Assembly: GCA_019358935.1 (NCBI GenBank)
Contig: JAHHIK010000049.1
Coordinates: forward strand, 1-58,880
Length of the DNA: 58,880 nucleotides
Origin: Tolypothrix carrinoi HA7290-LM1
GTDB lineage: Bacteria; Cyanobacteriota; Cyanobacteriia; Cyanobacteriales; Nostocaceae
Direction of reading: 5' to 3'
Shown here: piece after piece, positions 43,832 to 54,522 of the stretch
Layout: the number at the start of each line of letters is the position of its first letter
Numbering within the stretch: the first letter of the stretch is position 1
The notes under the pieces: model-generated
Told to the model about the DNA's origin: nothing
Database searches by the model: none
The model's input: the letters and a program-made list of their open reading frames with translations, nothing else
Position numbers and translations under genes: made by a program

Positions 43832-44745
43832 GTATAACGCCCAATTTAAAGGGCAACGCTGCCAATGTCAATCCTCCTTTGCACGGTCCTGTTTTTGATT
43901 TGGGTGGAGGTGGTTCCGATGTCGATGAAGCTATCCAGTGGATGATTAACCGAGTTAGGGGATGTACTAACTGTACCACCAAGGTTGATGTAGTTGTCCT
44001 CCGCGCTTCTGGAGATGACAGCTACAATCAGCCAATTTACGATATGAAAGGCGTAGATTCAGTGCAGACTTTCGTCATTACCAACCGCAAAGACGCAAAC
44101 AACGCTGATATTGTCAACAAAGTTAAAAATGCCGAGGTGATTTTCTTTGCAGGTGGCGACCAGTGCAAATACATTCGCAACTGGAAAAACACCAAGCTGG
44201 AAACTGCAGTAGAGTCTGTTTACGCAAGGAAAGGCGGTATCGGGGGAACTAGTGCGGGAGCGATGATTCAAAGTGATTTTGTTTACAACGCTTGTGCAAA
44301 CAGAGTTGAAACTGAAGACGCACTCGCAGATCCTTATCGAGATGTAAACTTTACCTATAACTTTTTTTCCTGGGCAAATCTGAGGGGAACCATTGTAGAC
44401 ACGCACTTTGACAGACGGGAACGAATGGGTAGGATAATGGCTTTCATAGCCCGTCAAATCAAAGATGGTGTAGCTAAAAGTGCTTTGGGGATAGCAGTTA
44501 GCGAAGATACATCGGTAGTTGTCGAGAAAAACGGCAAAGCCAAAGTGATGGGTAGAGGTCCAGCATACTTTATATTAGGCGATCGCACTCCTGAAGTCTG
44601 CGAAAAGCAAACTCCTCTAACCTACTCCAACTACAAAATCTGGAAAGTCAACAGCGGTGACACATTCAACTTGAAAAACAGACCAACAACAGGCTATTAT
44701 TTGAGGAGCGTCAAAAGAGGGCGGATAGATTCAGATCCATACTGA
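43832..44745 (+). CDS. Cyanophycinase-like S51 peptidase; N-terminus disrupted or uncertain
   Basis: LGGG, IFFAGGDQ, GGTSAGA, VDTHF..RERMGR. Confidence 0.85.
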
Positions 44746-44978
44746 TAATAGTAAGTGCTGAATTTTGAGTTTTGAGTTGAGAAATTTTAATTCATAACTT
44801 TTTGGCTAAAAGTAGCGAAAAGACTGTTGGCGAAGTGCCATCTATTTTTTATAACACATGCTGTATAAGACTTTCTTTGAAAGAATCCCCCGTTGCTTGA
44901 ATGCAGGGAAAAGAAGCGACCTGTTGCTAGCAAATAGACAAGAATAAATTGTATATAAGCAACAAAAGGTTTAGCTTC

Positions 44979-45674
44979 ATGCGTAGAACAGCACTATTTA
45001 TCTCCAGGTTATCGCTCTTATTTCTTGTTCTGTCTGGTTGCTGGTTTGGTTTGTTTGTGGTTCCAGAGGCACCCGGCTTGATAGAAGCTGATATTCTTGG
45101 TGTCAGGTTGCTTCAGCCAGGTGAAACATCGGTTGCTATCTCTGGACATAAATTTTCTTGTGTAAGCGGAAAAAAAGACCTCTTGCAATGCAACGTAATG
45201 ATTTCGGGTCGTTTTTTGGAAATGACTGTTACCATAAGCGATCGCACACTGACAGGATGTCGAGCTACCTATACAAGTAAAGTTTTGAATTGCACCGCTG
45301 GTTATGAGTACGGTGGTAAGACAGGATCAACCCCGTATGTCTACATTAAGGACGACCTGGGTCTAAGCAATCAGCAGGTGCAAAAATTAAGGCAAGCCAA
45401 TCTAGTAGTAAACACCCGTGAAGACTACTGGCTAGAACTGGCGATTGCTATATCATTCGCTGCTGCGGTATTCACTACAAGCTGGTTGTGGTCACAAGGA
45501 GAAAAGCAAATAAATAGCAGTGTCTATCCCATAGACAATGCAGCAAGACGATTCAATCACCAAATAATAAGAGTCGTTTCCCCATTTATTCCTCTTGGCA
45601 TGGGTGTCTTAGCGTTTTGTTTGTCGTATTACTTCTTCCTGTTGACCTTGTTGGGTCTAGTGTTGATTGATTGA
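44979..45674 (+). CDS. Membrane hypothetical protein
   Basis: N-terminal TM/signal segment, Cys-containing domain, two C-terminal TM segments. Confidence 0.65.
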   Translation: MRRTALFISRLSLLFLVLSGCWFGLFVVPEAPGLIEADILGVRLLQPGETSVAISGHKFSCVSGKKDLLQCNVMISGRFLEMTVTISDRTLTGCRATYTSKVLNCTAGYEYGGKTGSTPYVYIKDDLGLSNQQVQKLRQANLVVNTREDYWLELAIAISFAAAVFTTSWLWSQGEKQINSSVYPIDNAARRFNHQIIRVVSPFIPLGMGVLAFCLSYYFFLLTLLGLVLID

Positions 45675-45828
45675 CAGTTTGGCACAAGCAACTTGATTGG
45701 ATATCAACGAATAGTTGCGTTTGTTGACCCAACTTGAGGTTTATAAATCCCCAAATTTTTGAGAAAAATCCCTCTGGGTAATAATTTCAGCCGTCACATG
45801 GCACATTGCAGCGTCGTTTTACTCCTTT

Positions 45829-46995
45829 TTAAACCAACGTCGCTTGCTTCCGCAAACTTTGCACTGTAGAAATAAAGTGTTCTGCTACCCTGTCAATCTC
45901 CTCTTGCGTATTAAACCTGCCAATTCCAAACCGCACCGATGCATAAGCTAACTGTTCCGAATGTCCCAGCGCTGTGAGAACATGAGAAGGTGCAGTTGTC
46001 GCACTAGAACAAGCAGATCCAGAAGAAACCGCCATTACAGGCTGCAATCCTAACAGCAATGCAGATCCATCAACTTTTTCAACACTGATATTTAAATTTC
46101 CCGCTAGTCGTTGGGTAGGATGTCCGTTGAGATGAATTCCTGGCAGTTGCGAAAGTTGTTTCCACAATCTTTCTCTTAATTGTATTAGGCGATCGCATTC
46201 TCTTTTTTGTTCTTCCAAAGCGATTTCTACAGCTTTGCCAAAGCCGACAATTTGCGGTGTATATAATGTACCAGAACGCATTCCTCGTTCATGTCCGCCA
46301 CCATGTTGTTGCGCTGCAAGTTGTACTCTGGGGTTGCGACGACGCACATATATAGCACCGATGCCTTTAGGACCGTATACTTTGTGTGCAGTTAGCGACA
46401 TCAAGTCAATTTTCATCGCTTGCACATCAAGGGGAATTTTGGCGATCGCTTGTGCAGCATCGGTGTGAAAAATAATTTCCTGACTGCGACATAATTCGCC
46501 AATTTCTGCTAACGGTTGCAACACCCCAATTTCATTATTAGCAGCCATTACCGAAACTAAAATTGTATCCGGACGCAAAGCTTTTTCTAACTGATTTAAA
46601 TTAATAATCCCGTCTTTTTCAACTGGGAGAATTGTCACTTCAAAACCAAGAGTTTTTAGATAATTGCAAGGGTCAATAACTGCGCTATGTTCGGTTGCAA
46701 CAGTAATAATATGTTGCCCTTTTTGATAATAAGCTTCAGCAACACCTTTAATCGCTAAATTATTCGCTTCTGTCGCACCGCTGGTGAAGACAATTTCTTC
46801 GGGAGTAGCGTTAATTGCTTCTGCTAAAATTGACCGCGTTTGTTTAACAGCCGCTTCTGCTTCCCAACCGTAAACGTGACTAATACTAGAGGGATTTCCA
46901 AAGTGTTGAGTGAAGTAAGGTAGCATTGCTGCTAGTACCCTTTCATCTACAGGAGTAGTAGCGTGACAATCGAGATATATAGGGCGATCGTACAT
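45829..46995 (-). CDS. iscS: Cysteine desulfurase (IscS/NifS group I)
   Basis: FTSGATE, NNEIG, TAHKVYGPKG, SSGSACSS. Confidence 0.93.
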   Translation of the reverse strand: MYDRPIYLDCHATTPVDERVLAAMLPYFTQHFGNPSSISHVYGWEAEAAVKQTRSILAEAINATPEEIVFTSGATEANNLAIKGVAEAYYQKGQHIITVATEHSAVIDPCNYLKTLGFEVTILPVEKDGIINLNQLEKALRPDTILVSVMAANNEIGVLQPLAEIGELCRSQEIIFHTDAAQAIAKIPLDVQAMKIDLMSLTAHKVYGPKGIGAIYVRRRNPRVQLAAQQHGGGHERGMRSGTLYTPQIVGFGKAVEIALEEQKRECDRLIQLRERLWKQLSQLPGIHLNGHPTQRLAGNLNISVEKVDGSALLLGLQPVMAVSSGSACSSATTAPSHVLTALGHSEQLAYASVRFGIGRFNTQEEIDRVAEHFISTVQSLRKQATLV

Positions 46996-47000
46996 AATTA

Positions 47001-47627
47001 TTAAATCAAAATTGAACCAATATTTTTTAAGATACTCAGAACTTTATACAGTTCATTTTCTCGCTTCAACAGCGTCAATTCATCAGACAAAGCATACTTT
47101 GGTGCATCTTGTTTAGTCAGTTTAATAAAAATAAAATTACTACCATTCATTACTAGCCCAAAAGCAGGTCTTTCTGGGTTAGGATTAGCCAACATATAAG
47201 CTAGAACTTGGGGTATACCCATGATTAGAGAAAATCCAGCCCTTTTAGATTCAATAGTTAATAACCATAATTGTTGTTTTAGAACCAGCACATCAATGCG
47301 ACCTCGTATAATTTCTTCCTCATCTTCCAAAGCAATTTGTATAGATTCTTCGGTTTCAATATCAAAAGGAAGGTGATAAAATCCTGCTAAATCTAACAAG
47401 GGAGCTAGCACAACCAGTTTTACCAATTCTTCTAATATACGGCGGCGCTTCACCAAGCTAAGATAATTAGTTTTAACTCTATCTAAAGCCTGCTTTTCTG
47501 ACTCAGTAATTTCTGGCAGATTATCAAACCACTCTGTAAAAAATTGGTCGCTATCAGCTAACTGTAAACCAAATTTTTCTTCTAAGTCAATGATGTTAAG
47601 GGTTTGGGCTTGGATGACTGTAACCAT
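47001..47627 (-). CDS. PD-(D/E)XK restriction-endonuclease-like protein (HsdR-N-like)
   Basis: GRIDVLV..IESK..Q..AY..NG motif pattern. Confidence 0.8.
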   Translation of the reverse strand: MVTVIQAQTLNIIDLEEKFGLQLADSDQFFTEWFDNLPEITESEKQALDRVKTNYLSLVKRRRILEELVKLVVLAPLLDLAGFYHLPFDIETEESIQIALEDEEEIIRGRIDVLVLKQQLWLLTIESKRAGFSLIMGIPQVLAYMLANPNPERPAFGLVMNGSNFIFIKLTKQDAPKYALSDELTLLKRENELYKVLSILKNIGSILI

Positions 47628-47733
47628 AGTTAATATAAGAGCTTTATTATCATTATATAATATATATTACCAGTTATTTAACACCCCAATTGCAACGACG
47701 CTAAAATAGGCACAGAACAATCTTAAGGTTTGC

Positions 47734-48288
47734 ATGACTCTCACCATCCACGACTTAGAAAGACTGCAAGAAAAGCTCAAAGAAGACCATTGCGACTATC
47801 AACTAGAACTACAATCGGGAAACATTGTCGTTATGGGTCCATCGGATATTGAATCGAGCGAAATTGGGGCTGAGTTTATCAGACTGCTGGGTAACTGGGT
47901 TAAGCCGCGTAAACTAGGACGTATATTTGATTCTAGTGGTGGGTTTATTATGCCTAACACCGAATTACGCGCACCAGATGTTTCCTTTGTGTCAGCCCAA
48001 AGATTGAAACGCACAATACGGGACTTTGCCCAACTTGTTCCAGATTTAGTAGTAGAAATTAAATCGAAAACAGACCGCATCCGTCCTTTGGAAGAAAAAA
48101 TAAAATTATTTTTGCAATTAGGTGCGCGAGTTGGGATATTAATTAATCCAGATGAATTGACTTTAACAATTTATCGCTTAAATAGTGAGGGTGAAGTGTT
48201 AGCGGGTGAAGATAAGTTAACAATTCCAGAGTTATTTCCTGGCTGGGAAATTTCGATTTCTCAAATATGGCCCCCAGTATTTGAATAA
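47734..48288 (+). CDS. Uma2-family endonuclease
   Basis: [22 protein letters not shown]. Confidence 0.9.
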   Translation: MTLTIHDLERLQEKLKEDHCDYQLELQSGNIVVMGPSDIESSEIGAEFIRLLGNWVKPRKLGRIFDSSGGFIMPNTELRAPDVSFVSAQRLKRTIRDFAQLVPDLVVEIKSKTDRIRPLEEKIKLFLQLGARVGILINPDELTLTIYRLNSEGEVLAGEDKLTIPELFPGWEISISQIWPPVFE

Positions 48289-48384
48289 AAAAATTATCTC
48301 ATATGGTTGAGGGCGCGAGCCTGCTTTTATCCGCCATAATTATAATGAGTGTAATTACGACTTAAGTCGTCAAATACTTTACAA

Positions 48385-49236
48385 ATGACCAATAACATGC
48401 AGCGCGACTTTACTAACCGCGAAGAGTTGGTAGCTTACCTCCGCGAACAATTCCCAGACGCAGCACAACGAGATAATCATATCAGCGAAATTGTGGGCGG
48501 ACGCAAAGCCGCCGAGAAAGTGTTGCAAAAAGTAGATGCTGCACGCTACGCAAAAACACGTAATTTTTTCACAGGTGCAGTAACGCGACTTTCGCCTTAT
48601 ATTCGTTATGGTGTTCTCAGTTTGCGAGAAATTCGAGATTATGTGCGCGATCGCGTACAAAACCCAGACGAAACAACTAAACTAATTAACGAGCTAGGCT
48701 GGCGCGACTACTGGCAGCGTTTATACGCCAAACTAGGCGATAACATCTGGCAAGACCAAGAAGAATATAAAACAGGCTATACCCCCTCATCTTACGCACC
48801 TGAATTACCAGAAGACATCGCACAAGGCACCACAGACAGAGTTTGCATCGACAGCTTCAGCCGTGACTTACGAGAAACAGGCTACTTGCACAACCATGCA
48901 CGCATGTGGATGGCAGCTTACATTGTCCACTGGCGGCGTATTCGTTGGCAAACCGGCGCAAAGTGGTTTTTAGAGCATTTATTAGATGGCGATCCTGCTA
49001 GCAATAATATGTCATGGCAATGGGTAGCCAGCACCTTTAGTCATAAAGCTTATTTTTTCAACCGCGAAAATTTAGAACGTTACACCGAAAGCGTTTATTG
49101 CAAACAGTGTCCCCTTTACGGTCATTGTGACTTTGAAGGTAGTTATGAAGAAATAGAACAGAAGCTTTTTCCCAAAGCCGAATTTAACAAACAAGCTAAC
49201 AGCCAAAGTTGGCAAAAAGGCAAAAAACGCCGTTAA
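48385..49236 (+). CDS. Photolyase-like FAD-binding catalytic domain
   Basis: TRLSPYIRYG, ELGWRDY, GYLHNHARM, LLDGDPASN..WQW; Cys cluster CKQC....C. Confidence 0.88.
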   Translation: MTNNMQRDFTNREELVAYLREQFPDAAQRDNHISEIVGGRKAAEKVLQKVDAARYAKTRNFFTGAVTRLSPYIRYGVLSLREIRDYVRDRVQNPDETTKLINELGWRDYWQRLYAKLGDNIWQDQEEYKTGYTPSSYAPELPEDIAQGTTDRVCIDSFSRDLRETGYLHNHARMWMAAYIVHWRRIRWQTGAKWFLEHLLDGDPASNNMSWQWVASTFSHKAYFFNRENLERYTESVYCKQCPLYGHCDFEGSYEEIEQKLFPKAEFNKQANSQSWQKGKKRR

Positions 49237-49294
49237 ATTTCATCTTCGTGTTCTTTGTGTCCTTTGCGGTTCGTTATCCAAAATCTAAAAACCA

Positions 49295-49711
49295 ATGACT
49301 AAACCAATTATTTGGGTGCATGGAGACTGCCTCAGTCCCGAAAACCCTGCACTACAAGAATACCCCGACGCACCCGCAATTTGGGTTTGGGATGATGCTT
49401 TAATTAAAGAATGGCAACTAAGCCTAAAACGCCTCACCTTTATCTACGAATGCTTATTAGAATTACCCGTTGTCATTCGTCGTGGTGATGTAGCGCAAGA
49501 AGTTTTAGCTTTTGCGAAAGAGAATAATACTAACTTAGTTGTCACAGCAGAAAGTGTTAGTCCGCGTTTTGATATGATATGTGATGAAATTGAGAAAACT
49601 TTGGACTTGGAAATTTTTGAAGTAGAACCGTTTTTTGAATACGACGGCTATATCGACTTGAAGCGCTTCTCCCGCTACTGGAAAGTAGCGGAAAAATATG
49701 TGTTTGAATAA
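49295..49711 (+). CDS. Photolyase antenna (Rossmann-like) domain as a separate gene
   Basis: IIWVHGDCL...NPAL, KRLTFIYECLLEL, KRFSRYW. Confidence 0.75.
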   Translation: MTKPIIWVHGDCLSPENPALQEYPDAPAIWVWDDALIKEWQLSLKRLTFIYECLLELPVVIRRGDVAQEVLAFAKENNTNLVVTAESVSPRFDMICDEIEKTLDLEIFEVEPFFEYDGYIDLKRFSRYWKVAEKYVFE

Positions 49712-49715
49712 AGTT

Positions 49716-50864
49716 TTAATCAAACACGGGAGGCCAAAGTTGAGAAACTGCAAGTTCCCACCCAGGAAATAACTCTGGGATAGTCAGATTCTCGCCATCT
49801 CCTAACATTCTCACCCCGCTGTTAAGATAATGAACAGCCACAGTCTGAGCATCTGGGTCAATCAGTAATGCTACTTTAACTCCCAAGTCTAAAAATCGCT
49901 GGATTTTTTGTTGCACAGATGCCAGCCTGTCAAAAGCAGATTTAATCTCCACTACCAAATCAGGTACTAATTCTGGATAAGTTCGAGGAACTCGCTTCAG
50001 CCGTTCCCGTGAAAAGAAAGAGATACGCGGCGCAACTACATCGCCATTGGGTAACTGAAATCCACCTTTGGAGCCAATAATATGCCCTAGCTTACGTGGT
50101 TCTACCCAGGAAAACAACAGCGCACAAAATCGAGCGTTAATTTCGCCAGAGGTAAAATCTGCTGGGGACTCACTCAAATCATCGTCACTGCTAGAGGTTC
50201 CACTAGGATTAATATTTGTTACAGGTATACCCATAGAGACGATTTCTTGCAGCACTTCTTGCCTGAGATTTTGCAGATTTATACCCAAGTTTTCCAGCAC
50301 CCTCACGGCTACTCCATCTGTTACCAGTAGCACCCCCAGCAAAAGATGTTCTGTACCAACATAGTGATGACCTAGTCGGCGAGATTCTTCTACGGCTAAT
50401 TCCAGGACTTGTTTACCTTTAGCAGTGAAAGGAAACTCTACTCCCTTAATTCCATTACCACGACCAATAATTTTTTCTACCTCTGTTTGAGCAGCTTCAA
50501 GGGTAACACCAGCAGACTTGAGAACCTTGCCACCAATGCCAGTACCTTCTGCAATCAGTCCAATTAAAATCTGTTCTGTACCCACAAATTGATATCCCAA
50601 ACGACTACCTTCGTTTTGAGCAAGCACAATCACCCGCGTTGCTTTCGCAGTAAATCTTTCAAACATAGACTTTTCCTCCGTAAAGAAAATAAATTGAATC
50701 GGAAAGCTTAATAATTGGGCAATCTTGAAGGCTAAGGGCAAACTTGGGTCATATTTGCCAACTTCAATTGAGTTAATGGTTTGACGGCTAACACCTAAAC
50801 GTTGCGCTAATTCAGCCTGTGACCAATTGCGCTGAGTTCTCAGAAGACGTAAACGGTTTTCCAT
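49716..50864 (-). CDS. XRE-HTH + ClpC N-terminal (double Clp_N) + Uma2 fusion protein
   Basis: [65 protein letters not shown]. Confidence 0.9.
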   Translation of the reverse strand: MENRLRLLRTQRNWSQAELAQRLGVSRQTINSIEVGKYDPSLPLAFKIAQLLSFPIQFIFFTEEKSMFERFTAKATRVIVLAQNEGSRLGYQFVGTEQILIGLIAEGTGIGGKVLKSAGVTLEAAQTEVEKIIGRGNGIKGVEFPFTAKGKQVLELAVEESRRLGHHYVGTEHLLLGVLLVTDGVAVRVLENLGINLQNLRQEVLQEIVSMGIPVTNINPSGTSSSDDDLSESPADFTSGEINARFCALLFSWVEPRKLGHIIGSKGGFQLPNGDVVAPRISFFSRERLKRVPRTYPELVPDLVVEIKSAFDRLASVQQKIQRFLDLGVKVALLIDPDAQTVAVHYLNSGVRMLGDGENLTIPELFPGWELAVSQLWPPVFD

Positions 50865-50876
50865 TGCATAGTTTTT

Positions 50877-50972
50877 GTCTGTCTAGCTTGACATTTTTAG
50901 TCAAGTTAACTTGACTAAAATTGACAATTTTATCGTCAAGCAAACTTTACTTTTATGTCAAGCTTGCTTGAC
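50877..50972. promoter_or_regulatory. Four GTCAAG-N4-CTTGAC operator-like palindromes
   Basis: Sites at 50877 (imperfect), 50900, 50935 (one mismatch) and 50957. Confidence 0.7.
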
Positions 50973-51103
50973 GATAAAATGACAAAACCATAGCTGATGC
51001 CGTTTTTAGGAAGGGATAGGCTACAATGTTGATGGTTCTAAGTAAACGCTAAAGCGCTTATTTATAAACTGATATAGTGGGTAGATAGGCATTTGTGTAA
51101 CCT

Positions 51104-52000
51104 ATGCCAAGAGAAAAGCCCTTAGTCTTAACCGAAGAAAATGAGGTATTGCAGCTTTACCCACGTCCGCCAATTTTAACTAGCTTAGATGTTAATTGGC
51201 ATGGGGTATCTTTTGGTTATATGTGTCAACCTGCTTATGAAGTCCCGGAAGTTTCTACTCCTCGTTGGCATTCTATCGCGATTTTCACACACGGAAACCG
51301 TATAATTCATGCCGATCGCAAACTAGATGGACGCTTTCACCGTGACGCTGTAGCTGGAGGTGATATAGTTATTACTCCAGTCAACATCGGTCAAGGTGCT
51401 GCTTGGGAAGATGAAGGCGATTTTATCATTCTCGGTATAGAAGCTGATGTTTTCGCTCGTGCTATTGATGAAGCAGCAGATGCAAAAAATTTGGAATTAT
51501 TACCGCACTTTGCCACACCCGATCCTCTAATTTACCAAATTGGATTAGCGCTTAAAGGTGTGTTAGAAAATAATCCGACAAATAGTCGTCTTTATGCAGA
51601 GACGATGATAAATGCTTTGTCAGTTCACTTGATGCAACATTATTCAACACGCAAACCGATTTTACAACAATATAAAGACGGTTTGTCAAAGTATAAATTT
51701 CGGCAAATTATTGAGTACATAAACGCACATTTAGATGAGGATTTGAGTTTAACAGAGTTGGCGGCTTTAGTCCAGATGAGTCCGCATTACTTTTCTCACT
51801 TATTCAAACAATCAATCGGAATCTCCGCGCATCAATATGTGATTCGCTGTCGGGTGGAACAAGCAAAAAATTTACTTTTGCAAGGTAATGCGAGTATTGC
51901 AGAAGTTGCTTACAAAGTCGGTTTCGCTAACCAAAGTCATCTTAATAGACATTTTAAAAGGTTGCTGGGAGTAACACCCAAGATGATTCTGCAAAAATAG
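51104..52000 (+). CDS. AraC-family regulator
   Basis: LSLTELA..MSPHYFSHLFK; IAEVAYKVGFANQSH..FK..GVTP. Confidence 0.93.
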   Translation: MPREKPLVLTEENEVLQLYPRPPILTSLDVNWHGVSFGYMCQPAYEVPEVSTPRWHSIAIFTHGNRIIHADRKLDGRFHRDAVAGGDIVITPVNIGQGAAWEDEGDFIILGIEADVFARAIDEAADAKNLELLPHFATPDPLIYQIGLALKGVLENNPTNSRLYAETMINALSVHLMQHYSTRKPILQQYKDGLSKYKFRQIIEYINAHLDEDLSLTELAALVQMSPHYFSHLFKQSIGISAHQYVIRCRVEQAKNLLLQGNASIAEVAYKVGFANQSHLNRHFKRLLGVTPKMILQK

Positions 52001-52091
52001 CAATATTGCTAAAACAGAAGTAGACAAAGCAATTGTAGACTTGGGGATTAGTTCCCTTAATATATAGTAAAAGCTGTAATGAGGTAATGCT

Positions 52092-52373
52092 ATGACCGCA
52101 AAAGAACAATTAATTAGAGAAATTGATCGAGCACCAGAATTTTTGGTTGAAGAAGTATTAAATTTTTTACTTTTCATCAAAATTAGACTGAAGCAAAGAG
52201 TTGATGACAGTCAAATTGTCGAATCAACCCAAAATGTATCCTCTCAATCTTTTTTAGATTTGATTGATGAGATTAGTCTACAAATTCCTCAAGAAGAATG
52301 GGCAAAACTGCCAAGCGATATGTCAAAAAACTTGGATTACTATCTATACGGTTCACCGAAAAGTGAAGAATGA
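52092..52373 (+). CDS. Putative antitoxin
   Basis: LPSDMSKNLDYYLYG tail; overlaps the toxin start (ATGA). Confidence 0.7.
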   Translation: MTAKEQLIREIDRAPEFLVEEVLNFLLFIKIRLKQRVDDSQIVESTQNVSSQSFLDLIDEISLQIPQEEWAKLPSDMSKNLDYYLYGSPKSEE

Positions 52374-52790
52374 AAAAAGTATTTGCTGACACAGGATACT
52401 GGATTGCTTTACTTAATCCCAGTGATGAACTGCATCAAAAAGCTAGAATAATTACTGCATTTCTCATGCCTTCTTTAGAGATAATAACTAGTGAGATGAT
52501 ATAAACTTACGCTACTAAATGCCTTTTCTAAGCAAGGTGCATTATTCAGACGAACAGCAGTTAATTTGATTAATCAATCCTTCGGTAATCCTAATATTGA
52601 AATTGTTCCTCAAACCAGTGATTTGTTTATCAGCGCACTTGAATTGTACAATCAACGTTTAGATCAAGCTTGGAGCCATACAGATTGTGCCTCATTCCAA
52701 ATCATGCACAAGCTTGGTATTCAAGAAGCACTTGCTTATGACAAACATTTTGAACAAGCTGGTTTCGTAGCTTTGCTGCGTCAAGATTAA
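52370..52790 (+). pseudogene. PIN-domain toxin, stop plus frameshift near 52502
   Basis: MKKVFADTGYWIALL...SEMI* then WSHTDCASF..YDKHFEQAGF in a different frame. Confidence 0.8.
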
Positions 52791-52881
52791 GTTTCGTTGG
52801 CGTGACACCCAAACAAATATTAAGTTAATAATAGTTTAGTGAGATTAAGTAATAATTTGTTGCCTTGGGGGTTGAAATTTC

Positions 52882-53460
52882 ATGATTATTGCAGAACGCT
52901 ACTACTCACCGGAAGAATACCTAGAAATAGAGGTAAAATCTGAAGAACGGCACGAATATATTGATGGTCAAATTATCCCGATGACAGGTGGAACACCGAA
53001 TCATAACCAAATTGCTCTCAACCTAAGCGGTACGCTCAATTTTGCTCTGAAACGTCAACCTTACCACGTTTTTGTTACAGACCAAAGATTATGGATTCCT
53101 CAAAAGCGAATTAATACTTATCCTGATGTGATGGTTGTTGCAGGTGAATTGCAATTTAAAGAAGGAAGAAAAGACACTTTGACAAATCCGATAATGATTG
53201 CTGAGGTACTTTCAAAATCTACCAAAAGCTATGACCGTGATGAAAAATTTGCGGCTTATCGAACAATTCCCAGCTTTCAAGAATATCTGCTAATTGACCA
53301 GTATACAATGCACGTTGAACAATATAGCAAAACAGATAATAACCGCTGGATATTTACTGAATATGAAGATGCTGATGTAACTATATCTTTAGCTTCTATT
53401 TCTTTTGAAATTTCCCTGGCAGATATTTACGATAAAGTTGACTTCGACGCTCAAGATTAA
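52882..53460 (+). CDS. Uma2-family endonuclease
   Basis: EYIDG..M.G..HN, YPDVMV, EVLS.ST..YDR..KF..Y. Confidence 0.92.
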   Translation: MIIAERYYSPEEYLEIEVKSEERHEYIDGQIIPMTGGTPNHNQIALNLSGTLNFALKRQPYHVFVTDQRLWIPQKRINTYPDVMVVAGELQFKEGRKDTLTNPIMIAEVLSKSTKSYDRDEKFAAYRTIPSFQEYLLIDQYTMHVEQYSKTDNNRWIFTEYEDADVTISLASISFEISLADIYDKVDFDAQD

Positions 53461-53475
53461 AAAATCTTGCTTTAT

Positions 53476-53620
53476 TAGGACTTACGCACGATTCACGGAA
53501 AAACGAACCACGTTCGCCCTTGGCGTCTGGTGAAGGAGAAGACACGAAGAACACGTTCGCCCTTGGCGTCTGGTGAAGGAGAAGGAATAAGAGTTTGAAA
53601 GGTATTTTGCGTAAGTCCTA
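53476..53620. mobile_element. MITE with 13-bp terminal inverted repeat TAGGACTTACGCA
   Basis: TAGGACTTACGCA...TGCGTAAGTCCTA with an internal 33-bp duplication; the same end motif occurs at about 1006-1019 and 1595-1608. Confidence 0.75.
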
Positions 53621-53652
53621 TTCATATAGCAAGATTGCGAAAACATAAGTGT

Positions 53653-54519
53653 CTAGCTACGATTATCATCAGAGCTTATCAGGTAAGCTTTTGGTGTCAC
53701 TCCAGTTTGCTGTTTGAAATGTTTGGTGAAGTGGCTTTGGTTGGCAAAACCGCAGGCAAGGGCAATGTCAACCAGCGACAGTTCCTGCCTTTGAAGCAAC
53801 TGTTTTGCACGCTCTACTCGCTGTTGTAAAAGGTATTGATAAGGTGTTATCCCAACTGACTGCTTGAAGAGACGACAAAAATAATAGCGGCTCATGTGTA
53901 ACACGTTAGCGAGGTCTTCGAGTTGAATTGGATCGCACAGATGAGCATCAATATAGGAGAGTGCATAACTCAGTTTTTGAGAAGATAGTTTGCTGTTGCG
54001 CGTTTGCAGAGGTTGCTTATACGTGGTGTATCGCTTTAAGAGATGGACTGAAAGAGCGCTCAATAAAGACTCGGTATAGAAGCGATCGCACTGGGCAAAC
54101 TCAATCTCTGTCTTCAACGTCGTACCAATCGACTGAATCAGCGGATCGGACTGGATGAGGAGTGGTTTGAGAGCGCTTTGATGCTGCTGCAAAAAACCAT
54201 AAACGCTTTTGGTAACAAACTCAGGATTCAAATAGAGAATGATGAATTCACTACCCTCATCTACGATCGCCGAATGCATGACTTTAGCCGGCGTAATCGC
54301 GATACCACCTACAGGCAGCTTCTGAAGCTGACGATAGCCGTTAGACGGCATGTTGAGCCAAATTGTCCCGCTGAGGGAAATCAATAACGCATGATTTGAA
54401 TGGTCGTGTTCGGGAATCGTTAAAGCAGGAGCATTGCGGCAGTAATGAAAGTTTCCCAAATCTTTCCATACCTGCTTTTGTCTAAACAGGTGTGCTGGGT
54501 TAGAAGGAAATCTTTGCAT
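53653..54519 (-). CDS. AraC-family regulator, divergent from the nmrA-like gene
   Basis: LEDLA..MSRYYFCRLFK; DIALACGFANQSHFTKHFK; the longer predicted start is translated repeat DNA. Confidence 0.9.
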   Translation of the reverse strand: MQRFPSNPAHLFRQKQVWKDLGNFHYCRNAPALTIPEHDHSNHALLISLSGTIWLNMPSNGYRQLQKLPVGGIAITPAKVMHSAIVDEGSEFIILYLNPEFVTKSVYGFLQQHQSALKPLLIQSDPLIQSIGTTLKTEIEFAQCDRFYTESLLSALSVHLLKRYTTYKQPLQTRNSKLSSQKLSYALSYIDAHLCDPIQLEDLANVLHMSRYYFCRLFKQSVGITPYQYLLQQRVERAKQLLQRQELSLVDIALACGFANQSHFTKHFKQQTGVTPKAYLISSDDNRS

Positions 54520-54522
54520 TTC

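Noticed and set aside
53581..53590. GAAGGAATAA, identical to the target guide, inside a MITE
   Set aside because: Half-site only and likely chance. It shows a single 10-nt match is not decisive; the bridge call rests on two guides meeting at one junction plus the structure.
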